From a candidate division CSSED10-310 bacterium (GTDB lineage Bacteria > CSSED10-310), in assembly GCA_016927515.1 (NCBI GenBank), contig JAFGMN010000310.1, positions 1 to 60,380 on the forward strand: a stretch of 60,380 nucleotides of DNA, in the 5' to 3' direction. Every line of letters starts with the position of its first letter. Positions within the stretch are counted from its first letter, which is position 1. Below the pieces are notes generated by a model, which was not told the origin of the DNA, did no database searches, and was given only the letters and a program-made list of their open reading frames with translations. This document shows positions 27,717-37,408 of the stretch, piece after piece. Position numbers and translations under genes: made by a program.

Positions 27717-28895
27717 GTGAAGGCAGATACGATGTGGGCTCTGACGTATGACCGAAGAGAAGACTGGGCATCAACACGGGGGTTGAAGAAACAGTTGATG
27801 CCGATCCCACGGATTGATGAAAAGACGCACCCCGAAGATATCGATCAGGTTCTCATTAAAGTAAAGTATGCCGGATTCTGCGGATCAGATCGAGGAATCT
27901 GGTTTCGCAGCGCATTCGGACCATCCATTATCCAGTCGTTGGAAAGAGAAAAAAGAGATATCCGGATAATTGGGCATGAGCTTTTAGGTGAAGTCGTCGA
28001 AGCGGGATCTCGCGCTCGTACCCATTACGGCTATCAACCGGGACGCATCGTCACCACCGAATCGCACATCATCTGCAATCGGTGTTATCAGTGTTTGCAT
28101 GGTCAAACTAATGTCTGTGCAGACGATATCATCATCGGCATTTCACAGGATGGGTGTTTTGCCGAGTACATCAAGATTCCGGCAAATGTTCTCTGGCCAA
28201 CAGATCTGTCCGTGCTGCATCCGTGGGTCGGCGCTATTCAGGAACCTTTCGGCAACGCTGTACACTGTTGCACAAAGGTTGATCTTCGAGGAAAAACGGT
28301 CGCTGTATTCGGGTGCGGCACAATCGGTCTGTTCGTAATCCTGATCGCCCGAGCGCTGGGCGCATCCCGTATCATCGGGATCGAACCGATGGAGCATCAT
28401 GCGGAGATGGCGAGAAAACTGGGCGCTGATGAAGTCATCCGAGTGGATACGTCACGTAAGGGAACACATCCCTGGTCCAGTGATCCCGATATCGTCGATC
28501 AAATTCGCAATTTCACCCGCCGGGTGGGTGTCGATGTCGCGATGGAAATGAGCGGTAATAACTCTGCAGTAAACAATGCCATTCATGCGACCCGGCGGGG
28601 TGGCGACATCGTATTGTTCGGCTTGAAATCCGGCGACTCGGTCATCGAATCCTTCGATCGCCTGATCGTTAACGGCATCGCGCTTCACAGCGTCATCGGA
28701 CGTGAAATCATGAAAACCTGGTTTATCACGCGGAACCTGCTGGAAGACCGCTCCAACGGCATCCATGATCGAATCCTGAACGTTATTCTGAACGGAGGGA
28801 ACGGAACGGTCGCGGATTTTTCCGAATTCGATGCCGATCCGTTTGAAAAGCAAATTAGCTATCACCCGAAGGTGCTCATTCGTTTCGCAGGGTAA
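27717..28895 (+). CDS. zinc-dependent medium-chain dehydrogenase (L-threonine 3-dehydrogenase-like)
   Basis: CGSD...GHELLGEVVEAG catalytic Zn site, structural Zn cluster CNRCYQCLHGQTNVC, and NAD motif VFGCGTIGL. GTG 27717 has GGAAAGGAG upstream. Confidence 0.8.
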   Translation: MKADTMWALTYDRREDWASTRGLKKQLMPIPRIDEKTHPEDIDQVLIKVKYAGFCGSDRGIWFRSAFGPSIIQSLEREKRDIRIIGHELLGEVVEAGSRARTHYGYQPGRIVTTESHIICNRCYQCLHGQTNVCADDIIIGISQDGCFAEYIKIPANVLWPTDLSVLHPWVGAIQEPFGNAVHCCTKVDLRGKTVAVFGCGTIGLFVILIARALGASRIIGIEPMEHHAEMARKLGADEVIRVDTSRKGTHPWSSDPDIVDQIRNFTRRVGVDVAMEMSGNNSAVNNAIHATRRGGDIVLFGLKSGDSVIESFDRLIVNGIALHSVIGREIMKTWFITRNLLEDRSNGIHDRILNVILNGGNGTVADFSEFDADPFEKQISYHPKVLIRFAG

Positions 28896-28963
28896 GATCA
28901 CCGGTTAACCATTGAAAACTCCCGGGTTTCGTGACTCGTCAAGCGAAATCATGCCAAATGGAC

Positions 28964-28992
28964 TTGCGTCCACCGACCTCAGGTCGTAGAAT
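28964..28992 (+). promoter_or_regulatory. candidate sigma70-type promoter upstream of the MBL-fold gene
   Basis: TTGCGT, a 17-nt spacer, then TAGAAT, 18 nt before the ATG at 29010. Called by eye only. Confidence 0.35.
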
Positions 28993-29009
28993 ATCCCTTT
29001 AGTAGGTGG

Positions 29010-29792
29010 ATGATGCGTATTCATTTTTTAGGCACAGGCAGTGCATCTGTTACGGCGGAACGCGATAACACGTCGATTCTTGTCGAAGCGGGAGCAAATT
29101 TGATTTTACTGGATTGTGGAGGAAATCCTGCCGGGAAAATCCTCCGTTTGGGTTACGATCCCTGTGCTCTAGATGCCATTTTTTTAACGCATCTTCACAT
29201 TGATCACTGTTACGGATTGCCAGCGTTATTGTTCCATCTGTTTCTCCAAAAACGAATGCGGCCATTACCGGTTTTCTTCCCGGAAGAAGAAATGGACCTA
29301 CTGAATCAGCAGCTTCTCTCCCACGGTATCGGGGAAGATGTACGAACCTATCAACTGGAAAAATCCGCCGTGGGTATCGTACAGGAAACCATGATCTGGG
29401 AGACGGAACACGCGGCAGTGTATTCCGGAATCGCTCGCCACAGCAGGGCTACCCGGGCCTATCGGATTATCGAAAAGCGCACGGGACGACGAATGGTCTT
29501 TTCGGGTGACACGCATCCAGTCAATGAAATGATCGCGTTATCCCGGAATGTCGACGTGCTGATTCATGAAGCCACGTATCTGGAATCGCATGCGGCATTG
29601 GCAACCGAATATGGCCATAGCACAGCACGCCAGGCGGGACAGATTGCAGAAAACGCACGCGCTGCATCCTTGGCATTGGTGCATTTCGAATGCCCTCCCG
29701 GCAGTTCCATCCAGCAGTACCGAAACGAAGCTGCCAGCGAGTTCCGCGGTACGATCTATACGCCGGATGATATGACCGGTATCGTCCTGTAG
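29010..29792 (+). CDS. MBL-fold metallo-hydrolase (RNase Z/ElaC-like)
   Basis: IHFLGTGSA..., the HxHxDH motif THLHIDHCYGLPALL, and C-terminal HFE. At 260 aa it is shorter than a canonical RNase Z. Confidence 0.7.
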   Translation: MMRIHFLGTGSASVTAERDNTSILVEAGANLILLDCGGNPAGKILRLGYDPCALDAIFLTHLHIDHCYGLPALLFHLFLQKRMRPLPVFFPEEEMDLLNQQLLSHGIGEDVRTYQLEKSAVGIVQETMIWETEHAAVYSGIARHSRATRAYRIIEKRTGRRMVFSGDTHPVNEMIALSRNVDVLIHEATYLESHAALATEYGHSTARQAGQIAENARAASLALVHFECPPGSSIQQYRNEAASEFRGTIYTPDDMTGIVL

Positions 29793-29809
29793 CCAGGGCC
29801 GGAGAACAT

Positions 29810-31246
29810 ATGCCCAGAACCTGTGTGATTCGAAACTTAACTGCCGTATTTACCGGGTATGACACCCTCTTGCACCCGCCGTTTATCGATATCGCCATCA
29901 CCGGAAATCGGATTTCTGCCGTTGGTCCAGACCTGAACGGCTCATTCGACACGATAATCAATGGGACAGGATGTGTGGCTATTCCCGGGCTCGTCAACAC
30001 CCATCACCATTTCTTCCAAGTGTTGACACGAGTGATTCCACGCATGCAGAACGCTCCCTTGTTTCCTTGGCTTGTGAACCATTACCGTATTTGGGAAGGC
30101 CTCACGCAGGAAGCCGTTTACTGGAGTTCTTTAGCCGCAATGGGTGAACTGCTTGTCACCGGGTGCACAACCACTGCAGACCATCATTACCTGTTTCCCC
30201 GAAACACCGCCGGTGATCTCCTGGATATCCAGTTCAGGGCAGCGAATGATCTCGGGATACGCTTCCTGGCAACCCGGGGTTCGATGAGCGTGGGTCAAAG
30301 CAAAGGAGGCTTGCCTCCCGATCAGGTCGTCCAGGATGAAGATGACATTCTCGCCGATTGTCACCGCGTGATCGACCGCTTCCATGACCCTTCGCCCGAT
30401 AGCATGCAACGGATTGCCCTCGCTCCTTGCTCCCCCTTCTCCGTATCCGAAACATTGATGCGCCGCACCGCCCAATTGGCCCGTACCACAGGTGTCAGTC
30501 TGCATACCCATCTTGCCGAAACACGTGATGAAGAAGCGTATTGCCTCTCCACATTCGGCTGTCGGCCCGTCGACCTGATGAAACGGTTGGACTGGCTTGG
30601 ACCGGATGTCTGGTTTGCCCATTGTGTCCATCTGAACGAAGCCGAAATCGCCCTATTCGGCAAAACAGGAACTGGAACCGCTCACTGTCCATCGTCGAAT
30701 ATGCGCTTGGGATCCGGCATTGCCCCGGTGCGCGAGCTTCTGGATGCTGGCGCACCGATGGGTCTTGCCGTGGACGGGTCGGCCAGCAATGATTCATCGG
30801 ACATGCTGGGAGAAGTGCGCCAGGCCCTTCTTTTGCAGCGTGTGAGCAAAGGAGCTGACGCGATGACCGTGAATGAAGCACTCACCATCGGCAGTCGCGG
30901 CGGGGCCGGAATTCTGGGCTTCGATCAGACGGGGGTCATCGCTCCCGGTAACCTGGCGGACATCGCGGTGTTCAACCTGAATTCTCTGGACTTTGTCGGC
31001 GTTCACGACCCCATTGGCGGCCTCGTGCTTTGCGGCGATTGCCACCGGGCACACCATGTCGTTGTGAATGGTCGCCACATCGTGAAAAACGGACACCTGA
31101 TAACCATCTCCGAACAGGACATCATCGACCAAACCAGGACCATTGCGTCCCGACTTGTCACGTCCGCATCCCAGCGAACTGGCATCGCCTTTATGACCCC
31201 CCCACGGGATTCTGCCGATCAGATACCCCGATACCGGACGCCGTAA
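29810..31246 (+). CDS. amidohydrolase-superfamily deaminase (8-oxoguanine deaminase / SsnA-like)
   Basis: PGLVNTHHHFFQ metal site, LHTHLAETRDEEAYC, AHCVHL and VDGSASND. Confidence 0.75.
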   Translation: MPRTCVIRNLTAVFTGYDTLLHPPFIDIAITGNRISAVGPDLNGSFDTIINGTGCVAIPGLVNTHHHFFQVLTRVIPRMQNAPLFPWLVNHYRIWEGLTQEAVYWSSLAAMGELLVTGCTTTADHHYLFPRNTAGDLLDIQFRAANDLGIRFLATRGSMSVGQSKGGLPPDQVVQDEDDILADCHRVIDRFHDPSPDSMQRIALAPCSPFSVSETLMRRTAQLARTTGVSLHTHLAETRDEEAYCLSTFGCRPVDLMKRLDWLGPDVWFAHCVHLNEAEIALFGKTGTGTAHCPSSNMRLGSGIAPVRELLDAGAPMGLAVDGSASNDSSDMLGEVRQALLLQRVSKGADAMTVNEALTIGSRGGAGILGFDQTGVIAPGNLADIAVFNLNSLDFVGVHDPIGGLVLCGDCHRAHHVVVNGRHIVKNGHLITISEQDIIDQTRTIASRLVTSASQRTGIAFMTPPRDSADQIPRYRTP

Positions 31247-31742
31247 CACAGGCATTCCGAGCCGCTAACACGCACGCGATTCTGTCCTGAAGTATGGTCG
31301 GGGATATCTCCAAATCGGTCAGAATGATATCCGCTTCAGTACGAAGAATAATCGCGTCCTGCCGTGGACGGGATACCGGCCTGTCGATAAAAATGTAAAG
31401 ATCGGGATTCAATCCCTCCAGACGCCGATTCAACTCGAGCATGATCAAAACACCTTCTCGACGCTCCCGGTTCAGGATCCGCATCAACCGCCTCTCCATC
31501 CCCTGCCGGATACAATATGCTCTCGCCGCACCTGCCCGCAGGCATCGCTTCTGATCACTATCCCCATGAGATATGGACAGATGATGGGTCGATTTGATGT
31601 ACACGGACCCGGGAAACAAGCGGATTAACCGAGCAATGAGGGTTGTTTTTCCACACCCTTTGCCCCTCCCCCCGACTTGTATCACACCACCGTCTTTCGG
31701 CTCCATCGGATCAAGTGTACCCGATGCTTGACTCGCGAGCAA
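31191..31742 (-). CDS. P-loop NTPase, MobB-like
   Basis: Walker A GGRGKGCGKTTLI, followed by IKSTHH....GDSDQKRCLRAGA, which resembles the MobB IKH.HH..GKDS..AGA pattern. Its 3' end overlaps the convergent deaminase gene by 56 nt. Confidence 0.5.
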   Translation of the reverse strand: MLASQASGTLDPMEPKDGGVIQVGGRGKGCGKTTLIARLIRLFPGSVYIKSTHHLSISHGDSDQKRCLRAGAARAYCIRQGMERRLMRILNRERREGVLIMLELNRRLEGLNPDLYIFIDRPVSRPRQDAIILRTEADIILTDLEISPTILQDRIACVLAARNACVTASGIGVSDRQNPVGGS

Positions 31743-31789
31743 TGCACCATTAAGTTGATGACGGTTTTGACCTTCAAGGAGAAGATAAC

Positions 31790-31975
31790 ATGAGCCAAGA
31801 TTCCAGCGATTCTGTCGTTCAACATGTCATGAATGCCGCTCCCGATGGCCGTCTGACATGCGCCGATGCACTTCGTTTAGCTGCGATGCTGAATCGATCT
31901 CCGCTTGAAATCAGCCGCATAGCAAATCAGCATAAAATCAAAATCGTATCCTGCCAATTGGGGTGTTTTAAATAA
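31790..31975 (+). CDS. hypothetical small Cys-containing protein
   Basis: 61-aa ORF with AAGGAG 8 nt upstream, ending in IVSCQLGCFK. It lies 9 nt upstream of dapL. I cannot assign a family with confidence. Confidence 0.5.
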   Translation: MSQDSSDSVVQHVMNAAPDGRLTCADALRLAAMLNRSPLEISRIANQHKIKIVSCQLGCFK

Positions 31976-31984
31976 GGAGTCATC

Positions 31985-33160
31985 ATGCGAATCAACCGGG
32001 GCTTTTCCGCGTGGAATCGACCGTATCTGTTTCAGGCGATGGAAGCCACGCTCTCATCGTTTTCACCGGAAGAACGTGCTGATATCATCTCCTTAGGAAT
32101 CGGTGATCCGGATCTTCCGACACCGGAACCGATCCGGGAAGCGATCATCCGGGAACACCGGTCCCGTTATCATGGCTATCCGACAGCCCAGGGCCGCCTC
32201 GATGTAAGAACCGCCTTGGCTGAACACTATTATCGTCGTTTTAATGTCAATATTGATCCTTCCATGTTATTCATCGGTCCCGGCGCTAAGTCGGATTTAT
32301 TCGATCTCAACGCGGTTTTCTCCAATCCGGGTGATACCGTCATCATTTTAGACCCCGCCTATCCGGTCTATCGAGATGCGGCGGAATACCGGGGAAATCG
32401 TATCCATTACCTGAGCGGCTCCGTGGAAAACAATTATCAGCCTCCATTGCCCCCCGATGGTGAACTGGACCATTTGGCCCTGGTATATCTGTGCTACCCG
32501 AATAATCCCACCGGCGTGACGGCCTCCAGGACATATGTTGCGGAGGCGGTTGAGCTTGCTCAGCGTCACGGCGCAATGGTGATCATGGATATAGCCTATG
32601 CTGATTTCATACCCGGGAACGGCCGATCGGATGCGTTCAGTATTTTCGATATTCCCGGAGGCGACGCTGTCGGAATCGAGGTTGGCAGCTTTTCAAAGCC
32701 GTTTTCCATGACCGGCGATCGGCTAAGCTGGGTAGCCATTAAAAATCCAAAAGCAGCGGCATTTTGGCACCGTTACCGGTCCAACCGGGACTCCGGGGTA
32801 TCAAACTATGATCAGGCCGGTGGTCTCGCCGCACTGGTCGACCCCGCCATTCAGGCGATTCAACACAAAAACTTTGCCGTTTATGGCAGACGCGCGCGGA
32901 TTCTCCGGGATGGACTCCAGACATTGGGATATCCAATGATCGGTCTCGACAACACACCCTACGCCTGGTTCTCCATTCCAATCCAAGATGACCTACTGGC
33001 GGCACACCGCTTCCTGACAGAAGCACGGGTCATTGTGACAGCGGGAAGCGGTTTTGGTCCGGCAGGCCGCGGCTTTCTACGGGCAACCCTGTTCCAGCCG
33101 GAAGAACGGTTGCAGGAGGCGATCCTTCGGATGCAATCGATCCGGTTGATGGAATCATGA
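31985..33160 (+). CDS. dapL: LL-diaminopimelate aminotransferase-like class I/II aminotransferase
   Basis: AAGGAG SD. YLFQAME...ISLGIGDPDLPTP N-terminus, and the PLP lysine motif SFSKPFSMTG. Confidence 0.75.
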   Translation: MRINRGFSAWNRPYLFQAMEATLSSFSPEERADIISLGIGDPDLPTPEPIREAIIREHRSRYHGYPTAQGRLDVRTALAEHYYRRFNVNIDPSMLFIGPGAKSDLFDLNAVFSNPGDTVIILDPAYPVYRDAAEYRGNRIHYLSGSVENNYQPPLPPDGELDHLALVYLCYPNNPTGVTASRTYVAEAVELAQRHGAMVIMDIAYADFIPGNGRSDAFSIFDIPGGDAVGIEVGSFSKPFSMTGDRLSWVAIKNPKAAAFWHRYRSNRDSGVSNYDQAGGLAALVDPAIQAIQHKNFAVYGRRARILRDGLQTLGYPMIGLDNTPYAWFSIPIQDDLLAAHRFLTEARVIVTAGSGFGPAGRGFLRATLFQPEERLQEAILRMQSIRLMES

Positions 33161-33729
33161 AAAAGATATTGACGCGGTGCTCTCCACCCGAAACAGCTCC
33201 CGACCGAATTGATCGTTTCCCAATCTATGCGGTTCTTGAAAACATCCGGAGTTTGTACAATGTTGGAGCCATGTTCCGGACCGCTGACGCTGTGCGTGTC
33301 GCCTCGCTTCATCTCTGCGGAATCACAGGCCGGCCGCCGCGCAAAGAAATCGTCAAAACAGCTCTCGGTGCACAGGATACGGTTCCATGGGAGTATTTCG
33401 CCACCGGTGCTGAATCCGTTCGAAATCTGAAATCCCGGGGGATTCAGGTTTGGGCTGTCGAACAAACCAGTGTCAGCCACGGCATCTGGGAAGCACCGCT
33501 CCGCTTTCCGGTTGCCTTTGTCTTCGGTTATGAAATTGAGGGAGTTGATAACGCGACATTGGCGGAATGCGATGGCGCAATCGAAATCCCGATGTTCGGC
33601 TACAAAGGTTCATTGAATGTCGCCGCCGCATGCTCCATTGTCCTGTATGAAGCACTCCGGCAACTTTCTCGGTCCACTGAAACATGCATCCGATCCATGT
33701 GCGAAAAACCGCTTGAAACAGATCCTTGA
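33157..33729 (+). CDS. SpoU/TrmH-family RNA 2'-O-methyltransferase
   Basis: NVGAMFRTADA, FVFGYEIEGV and IPMFGYKGSLNVAAACSIVLYE motifs. An ATGA overlap joins it to dapL. Confidence 0.8.
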   Translation: MKKILTRCSPPETAPDRIDRFPIYAVLENIRSLYNVGAMFRTADAVRVASLHLCGITGRPPRKEIVKTALGAQDTVPWEYFATGAESVRNLKSRGIQVWAVEQTSVSHGIWEAPLRFPVAFVFGYEIEGVDNATLAECDGAIEIPMFGYKGSLNVAAACSIVLYEALRQLSRSTETCIRSMCEKPLETDP

Positions 33730-33787
33730 CAGTGCTAAAAAGGCGCCCTAAACTGCTTCGGGTTAAAAGTGTGGAGGCAAACAAAAA

Positions 33788-34063
33788 ATGGCACATCATC
33801 AATCGGCAGAAAAACGAATACGTCAAAACAAAGTACTAAATATGCGCAACAAAGCCCGTCGAACCCGCGTCCGGAATGCGGTGAAGGCCGTTCGCGCCGC
33901 TCTGGAAAACAAGGATCTGGCTGCTGCTCAGACAGCGTTTCAGAGTATGGTTCCCATCGTCGACAAAATGGCTACGCTCGGCATTCTTCATCAAAATGAG
34001 GCCGCTCGCACCAAAAGTCGACTCAATAAGCAGATCCGCCTGTTAAGTCAGAAAGCGGAATAG
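33788..34063 (+). CDS. rpsT: 30S ribosomal protein S20
   Basis: MAHHQSAEKRIRQNKVLNMRNKARRTRVRNAVK is a typical S20 N-terminus. A GGAGG SD is present. Confidence 0.95.
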   Translation: MAHHQSAEKRIRQNKVLNMRNKARRTRVRNAVKAVRAALENKDLAAAQTAFQSMVPIVDKMATLGILHQNEAARTKSRLNKQIRLLSQKAE

Positions 34064-34138
34064 CCACCAATCCCCAGGCATTTCATTCGACCGTTTCCCG
34101 CTCGGCGATGACAAGCCAGGGATGCATCACAGGGAGGT

Positions 34139-35014
34139 ATGATGGCTCGGAGTCATTTTGCAATCGTATTCCTGTTGAGCTTTGGTCTCATCTTTTTTTC
34201 AGCCTGCGGCGAAAAGGAGACGACACAGCGCGTTGTTACGGCTGCGAGTCTCTTCAAGCCAGGAGACTGGGCGTTGTATGATCTCCAACGAGTCAACACC
34301 GATGGTTCGGAAACCCGTGGGACATTAAAAATTTCGGCGGTGGGTCAAGACATGGTCGAGGGTGTTCCCTATTCCTGGCTGGAGTTACGAGAAGACAGCG
34401 ACAAGGGTGTTGAAATCACGAAGTTTTTGGCCCGGGAAAAAACAAGCTTCAATCCGGAGGAATCATTTACGTTCTGGGATGATGTCAAGCGGATCATCAT
34501 TCAGAAAGATGCCAATCAGCCGGAAGAAGTTCCCCAGCAGCATCTCCGCCGCTACACCCCTCATTTCATCGAAAGCGGCAGCGTCAAGCGATATGGCAAT
34601 GTGGAGAACATTGAACCGCCGACGCAAACCATTCTCTCGGAAAAGAATTTCACAGTGAATGGAGAGAGCGTGACCGCAACCGGAAAAAGCAGCGTGCAGC
34701 ATTTTTCATCTTCGGTCAATCTGGGTTTTCTGAATCTTGAAGACACAACAGAGAGTTCGGTGGCGTTTTACCGGAAAGCGGATCTGCCATTCGGTGGTAT
34801 CATCAACGTGACCTACTCCAGCATGACGACATCCGTGAATAAGCTGAAACCGGAAACACCACCCAAGCCGCCGCAGCTGTATGAAAATTCCATGACGATG
34901 AAAGCGTATGGAACGGGTGCAGAATCCCAGATCATCGGTCATCCGGTCGAAATGGAAGTCATGCCGTTTCCATTTCTTGAAGCCGCAAAAAAAGGAGCCT
35001 CGGGTGCTCCCTGA
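34139..35014 (+). CDS. hypothetical lipoprotein
   Basis: Signal peptide plus lipobox (FGLIFFSAC|GE). 291 aa. I recognise no family. Confidence 0.55.
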   Translation: MMARSHFAIVFLLSFGLIFFSACGEKETTQRVVTAASLFKPGDWALYDLQRVNTDGSETRGTLKISAVGQDMVEGVPYSWLELREDSDKGVEITKFLAREKTSFNPEESFTFWDDVKRIIIQKDANQPEEVPQQHLRRYTPHFIESGSVKRYGNVENIEPPTQTILSEKNFTVNGESVTATGKSSVQHFSSSVNLGFLNLEDTTESSVAFYRKADLPFGGIINVTYSSMTTSVNKLKPETPPKPPQLYENSMTMKAYGTGAESQIIGHPVEMEVMPFPFLEAAKKGASGAP

Positions 35015-35026
35015 CAGATTCTCCAG

Positions 35027-35920
35027 TTGAACGAACAACCTCTGCTTGATCGATTCATCCACTATTTAATTGTCATCCGCTTGCTGTCACCCAATACAGT
35101 GGATGCGTACGCCCGAGATCTCAAAGATCTTCTGGTAACTGATATCGATCCCCTGACGTGCGACGGCGATGCGATCCTGAGCCATCTGGAAGCCCTGCAC
35201 ACATCCGGTGTCAATCCCCGTTCTCTGGCTCGAAAACTCAGCGCATTCCGCGCCTTCTTCGGCTTCCTACTTAATGAACATCTCCGCCGAACCAATCCAA
35301 CCGACGAACTCCGGATCCGTTTCGCCCATCCCCGCTTACCGAAACAAATATCAACTCACTGGATCGACACCCTCTTGACAACCCCCGATCCTTCAACGCA
35401 TCTCGGAATCCGCGATCGGGCCATCCTTGAAACACTGTACGCCACAGGGTTACGCGTATCGGAGCTAGTTACTCTTCGCCTGTTCGATCTGCATCTGGAA
35501 AGAGGGTTTCTCCAATGCATCGGAAAAGGCAACAAACAACGGCTGGTTCCATTGGGCAAACGTGCGATCCGCTGTGTTCAGCAGTATCTGACCAGCGCGC
35601 GTCCTCAGCTTGTCGGCCCCCGCACCCGCGATGCCGTTTTTCTCAACCGATTCGGTAATCCACTGTCTCGAATCGCGATCTGGCGCCTCGTCAGGAAACA
35701 CGCCATCGCCGCAGGAGCCCCCCAGTCCATTCACCCCCATATGCTTCGGCACAGTTTTGCAACTCACCTGGTTGCAAACGGAGCCGATCTTCGTGCGGTG
35801 CAGGAAATGCTGGGACATGCCAGTATTTCCACAACCGAAATTTATACGCATGTGGCCCGGGAAAGAATGAAGCATATCATTGCCGCGCATCATCCGAGAG
35901 CACACACGGAATCGGAATGA
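35027..35920 (+). CDS. xerD: tyrosine recombinase XerD/XerC
   Basis: TTG start. SAM-like N-domain (LSPNTVDAYARDL). Catalytic RDRAILETLYATGLRVSE...HMLRHSFATHL...GHASISTTEIYTHV. Confidence 0.85.
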   Translation: MNEQPLLDRFIHYLIVIRLLSPNTVDAYARDLKDLLVTDIDPLTCDGDAILSHLEALHTSGVNPRSLARKLSAFRAFFGFLLNEHLRRTNPTDELRIRFAHPRLPKQISTHWIDTLLTTPDPSTHLGIRDRAILETLYATGLRVSELVTLRLFDLHLERGFLQCIGKGNKQRLVPLGKRAIRCVQQYLTSARPQLVGPRTRDAVFLNRFGNPLSRIAIWRLVRKHAIAAGAPQSIHPHMLRHSFATHLVANGADLRAVQEMLGHASISTTEIYTHVARERMKHIIAAHHPRAHTESE

Positions 35921-35999
35921 TCGTTACCGGGCCATCGGTCGGATCGTATTTTATTTTCGGACCGTTCCCATGTAAAATTGAAGGATTACTGGAGGAAAG

Positions 36000-36665
36000 A
36001 TGAAAGCCGAACAAATCCCTATCATCGTCATCTCGGTCATTGTCGTCCTGATTTCACTGACATTCCACGAAGCAGCTCACGCGGCGGCTGCCGCTGCTCT
36101 TGGAGATCCGACAGCTCGGAAACAAGGACGACTCTCAATCAACCCCCTGGTACATATCGATATTTTCGGGACAATCGTTCTTCCCATACTGCTGGCGATT
36201 ATGAATTTAGGCGTTTTCGGCTATGCAAAACCCGTTCCCGTCGATCCCTCTAATCTCAAACATCTCCGCCGAGACGATGCCCTGATCTCGGCCGCCGGCC
36301 CGGGTGCAAATTGCGCTCTGGCCATCGTGTCTGCTTTGTCGATCCGCTTCATGATGATCATCAATGCTCCGCACGAGGCGGCATCCTTCATTATCACTAT
36401 TCTCTTTTTAATGATCCGGATCAACATTTTCCTGATGCTGTTCAACCTGCTGCCAATTCCGCCTCTCGATGGCTCCGGAATACTCCACGGCGTCATGTCC
36501 CCACGGTTATACGCTACCTATGTCAATGCCAGCCGCCGACTGATGCTTGTTTTCCTGTTCATCCTCCTGCTGACCAACTGGTTTTCCACCTTTTACCTCC
36601 GTCCGGTCGGCAATGTGTTTTTCCTCATCCTGGAGCACGTCGCCGGAATTCAACTGGTATGGTAA
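36000..36665 (+). CDS. site-2 protease family (M50) membrane metalloprotease
   Basis: HEAAHAAAA (HExxH) and FNLLPIPPLDG motifs, with multiple TM segments. Confidence 0.8.
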   Translation: MKAEQIPIIVISVIVVLISLTFHEAAHAAAAAALGDPTARKQGRLSINPLVHIDIFGTIVLPILLAIMNLGVFGYAKPVPVDPSNLKHLRRDDALISAAGPGANCALAIVSALSIRFMMIINAPHEAASFIITILFLMIRINIFLMLFNLLPIPPLDGSGILHGVMSPRLYATYVNASRRLMLVFLFILLLTNWFSTFYLRPVGNVFFLILEHVAGIQLVW

Positions 36666-37408
36666 TGGAATCCGCATCAGATCTCGTCCGCGTCAAACTG
36701 GAACTGTTCGAAGGACCTCTCGATCTTCTTCTCCACCTGATCCGGATGCAACACATCGACATTGCCGCCATTCCCATCGCACATATCACACAGCAATACC
36801 TGGATACGATCCGATTGATGAAGGAATTGGATCTGGACATCGCCGGCGAGTATCTGGTGATGGCCGCAACGCTGATTTTGATAAAAAGCCGCATGCTGCT
36901 TCCTCCATCCTCCGTACTGAACGAAGAGGAATCACCGGAATCGATGAAAGAGGAACTGATCCGGCGATTGAACGAATATCAGGTATTCAAAGAAGCAGGG
37001 CATCATTTGGAAAAGCTGGAAAGTGATCACAGCCGCTTTTATCCTCGGCCGGTCGGCATGACCGAAGAGGAGACGCATACGCAGTGGGTGATCGATGCGT
37101 CACTTGGTGATTTGCTGGCTGCGTTACAGGATATTTGCCGAAAGCATTCCGATCTTCCGCAGCATCTGGTCAAGCCAAAACCGGTTTCGATCCGCGTCCG
37201 GATGGCTGCGATCATGCAAATTCTCGTGTCGCGTCACACGATGGTGTTCCGCGAGCTGTTTACCGATTGCTCATCGAGGAAGGATGTGATTGGAACGTTT
37301 TTAGCGCTCCTGGAACTGATACGTTTGCACCAGGTTACCGCCCGCCAGCGCACAGCGTTCGGGGACATTCGGATTGTGAGGGTTTCGCAGCCTGGAGACC
37401 CACCATGA
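36659..37408 (+). CDS. scpA: segregation and condensation protein A
   Basis: VKLELFEGPLDLLLHLI N-terminus. ATG 36659 overlaps the M50 stop. The listed ORF start at 36311 is an out-of-frame read-through of the M50 gene. Confidence 0.85.
   Translation: MVMESASDLVRVKLELFEGPLDLLLHLIRMQHIDIAAIPIAHITQQYLDTIRLMKELDLDIAGEYLVMAATLILIKSRMLLPPSSVLNEEESPESMKEELIRRLNEYQVFKEAGHHLEKLESDHSRFYPRPVGMTEEETHTQWVIDASLGDLLAALQDICRKHSDLPQHLVKPKPVSIRVRMAAIMQILVSRHTMVFRELFTDCSSRKDVIGTFLALLELIRLHQVTARQRTAFGDIRIVRVSQPGDPP

Noticed and set aside
35027-35920. The tyrosine recombinase as a phage or island integrase.
   Set aside because: It has full XerD-type motifs and sits in the classical xerD-scpA-scpB-rluB housekeeping context. 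No att-like repeats or cargo genes are present.
36311-36658. 348-nt stop-free upstream extension of the scpA frame running inside the M50 protease gene. A similar extension precedes scpB at 37135-37404.
   Set aside because: The extension translates to His/Pro/Arg/Cys-rich sequence with no ScpA similarity. ScpA homology begins exactly at the ATG that overlaps the M50 stop. I attribute the open frame to chance or compositional bias.
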